From the NCBI GenBank assembly GCA_031362565.1, contig JANLSU010000017.1, positions 10,534-74,533 on the forward strand: a stretch of DNA of 64,000 nt, written 5' to 3'. This DNA is from a bacterium (lineage in GTDB: Bacteria > Krumholzibacteriota > Krumholzibacteriia > G020349025). A model generated the notes under the pieces. That model had not been told where the DNA came from, ran no database searches, and saw only the letters and a program-made list of their open reading frames with translations. The position numbers were made by a program, and so were the translations under genes. Shown piece by piece: positions 62,454 to 64,000 of the stretch; the first letter of the stretch is position 1, and each line of letters begins with the position of its first letter.

Positions 62454-63254
62454 TCACTCCAGGCCGCTGTGTGCTGCGAGCGTGATGACCGTGTCGGCGG
62501 CCTGACGCAGGTCCTGAAGTTGCCCGTCCGTGAGTCCTTGGAGTACGTATTCGAGCCCCGCCGGCCGCAACGGAACATCGAGCGGTGAACGGCCAGTCAG
62601 GCCGCCGAAAATCGTCAGTGCCGCGAGATAGGAACCGGCAATGTCGGGATGGAAATTGTCGGACCCGTAGAGAGGCAACGACCCATCCAGCCGCCAAGCC
62701 GCTATCCAGGCGTCGCCCGCCGGCAGAATCGTACCGCCGACCGCCGTCGCAGCAGCGCGATAGGACGCGCTGACGCTATCGAAGGCGCTGTATCGCGTCG
62801 CGTCCGGCCATACCATGTAGAGCGCCGTGTGAGCGCCCGCGGCCCGGATTTTCACATCGAACTGTTGCGTCCAGTAGACGAGGTTGACGCGGCTCTCGGG
62901 CAACGCCGAAGGTCCCTGCTGCAACACGACCCAGTCCCAGTTCCCATTCGCGATCGTGCGCTGCAGACTGGTCGACACCCAATGATCTTCGAGCCCATAC
63001 CCGCCCGCGGCCTCGACTTGAGACGCCCACGGCACATTCACCGCGGCCGCAATGCCAGCCACCAGATCCGGCAGGTTGTTGGCCTGAGTCAGGCTGTTGC
63101 CGATGTAGAGGACCCGCGTGTCGGCGACCGGAACCGGCACCGGGTGCGGATTCGGTTCCCCCACCAGGGCCACCGGGCCGGGATCCTTGTTGCACGAATA
63201 CACGAGCGCACCGAGGAGGAGTAGCACGGCGGCGCGGGTCAATTTCGGCATCAT
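62454..63254 (-). CDS. SGNH/GDSL-like hydrolase lipoprotein
   Basis: Lipobox VYSC; VLYIGNSLT, WDWVVLQQ, DNFHP..AGSYLAA. Confidence 0.82.
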   Translation of the reverse strand: MMPKLTRAAVLLLLGALVYSCNKDPGPVALVGEPNPHPVPVPVADTRVLYIGNSLTQANNLPDLVAGIAAAVNVPWASQVEAAGGYGLEDHWVSTSLQRTIANGNWDWVVLQQGPSALPESRVNLVYWTQQFDVKIRAAGAHTALYMVWPDATRYSAFDSVSASYRAAATAVGGTILPAGDAWIAAWRLDGSLPLYGSDNFHPDIAGSYLAALTIFGGLTGRSPLDVPLRPAGLEYVLQGLTDGQLQDLRQAADTVITLAAHSGLE

Positions 63255-63588
63255 GGTGAGGGCCTCCAAGCGATTGATCCGGCGGCAGCCTTGCACAGCG
63301 ATTGGACGAACAAACGCCAACAAGACGGTTCCGGCGACGCAAAGGTAGGCGAGGTGGAGCAGTTGCGCGCGACACGCGTTCGCATCCCGCACATCTTGTA
63401 CTACTCTAGCACGATTCGCGCTGTGTGGACACGCCGTCGTACTCGAGGATTGCGAGCCACCCAACCAGCGAAGTTGGGTCGTTTGGCTTGGGCGATTTCT
63501 GGCCCTTTGCTAAGCTCCCAGGTAACGGGCAGCATTGGGGAGGCGCGTGCGCGACGAGAGCCAACACGGCGAGTCCGCAACCGGGCTG

Positions 63589-64000
63589 ATGTCGGTCGTT
63601 CGCTCGCGCGGGTGGACCTTGCTTGGCGATCGGCGCATCACGTTGGCCATGGTCGCATTCGTGACAGCGATCGCTGGAGTCAGAATTCTCGCGGTTTGGA
63701 TGGGGTGGCTCGATAGCGAGGGAACGCTGGCCGACGACGCGTTCTACTATTTTCAGATTGGGCGCCACATGGCGATGGGGCAAGGTCCGACCTTCGACGG
63801 ATTGGCACCTACGAACGGGTTTCATCCGCTGTATTTGGTGCTTCTTACGGCGCTCTACAAACTCGTCCCGGCGGATCCTTGGATTCCGATCCACCTTGCA
63901 CAAACCGCGGGTGTTCTATTCGATCTCCTGAGTACCATTGTGATTGGACTCCTTGTATACAGGCAGGGGGGGGGGGGCCTGCAACTTCCGTGCTCGCGAT
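63589..64000 (+). CDS. GT-C (ArnT/PMT-like) membrane glycosyltransferase, 5' part, runs off the window
   Basis: Absent from the ORF track because it has no stop. Reads MSVVRS...TM...ADDAFYYFQIGRHMAMGQGPTFDGLAPTNGFHPLY; G12 tract at 63966-63977. Confidence 0.75.
   Translation, partial: MSVVRSRGWTLLGDRRITLAMVAFVTAIAGVRILAVWMGWLDSEGTLADDAFYYFQIGRHMAMGQGPTFDGLAPTNGFHPLYLVLLTALYKLVPADPWIPIHLAQTAGVLFDLLSTIVIGLLVYRQGGGGLQLPCSR

Overview
GC-rich bacterial window with about 45 ordinary CDS and no rRNA, tRNA, CRISPR array, integrase or transposase that I could recognise. The FlgD-Ig/T9SS-type tails and short Trp/Lys C-terminal tails point to an FCB-group candidate lineage such as Eisenbacteria, Krumholzibacteriota or Latescibacterota (inference). 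Recognisable functions: lhgO, a polar amino-acid ABC importer, mazEF, DUF885, S8/M16/S41 peptidases, glycogen-debranching enzyme plus aquaporin, a TetR-TolC-HlyD-ABC efflux operon, beta-carbonic anhydrase, MATE, Fic, a DM13-spondin-GMC-VOC-glucose dehydrogenase cluster, TRAP dctQM, TMEM175, GH113, MOSC, GT2 and gdhA. The most striking signal is that six genes from at least three unrelated families end in the same 16-aa C-terminal motif, V-[AGS]-[VI]-x3-[STR]-[WF]-x2-V-K-x-[LM]-[FY]-R-stop. One copy is hidden behind a frameshift. The motif is a candidate uncharacterised protein-sorting or surface-attachment signal. Three of the carriers form a tandem array with a hypervariable Cys-flanked loop. 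Other points of interest: a receiver plus PEP-synthase-like dikinase protein next to gdhA, an aquaporin with a Cys/His tail, a G12 tract in a GT-C-like gene, and a cluster of broken genes at 22.6-25.9 kb.
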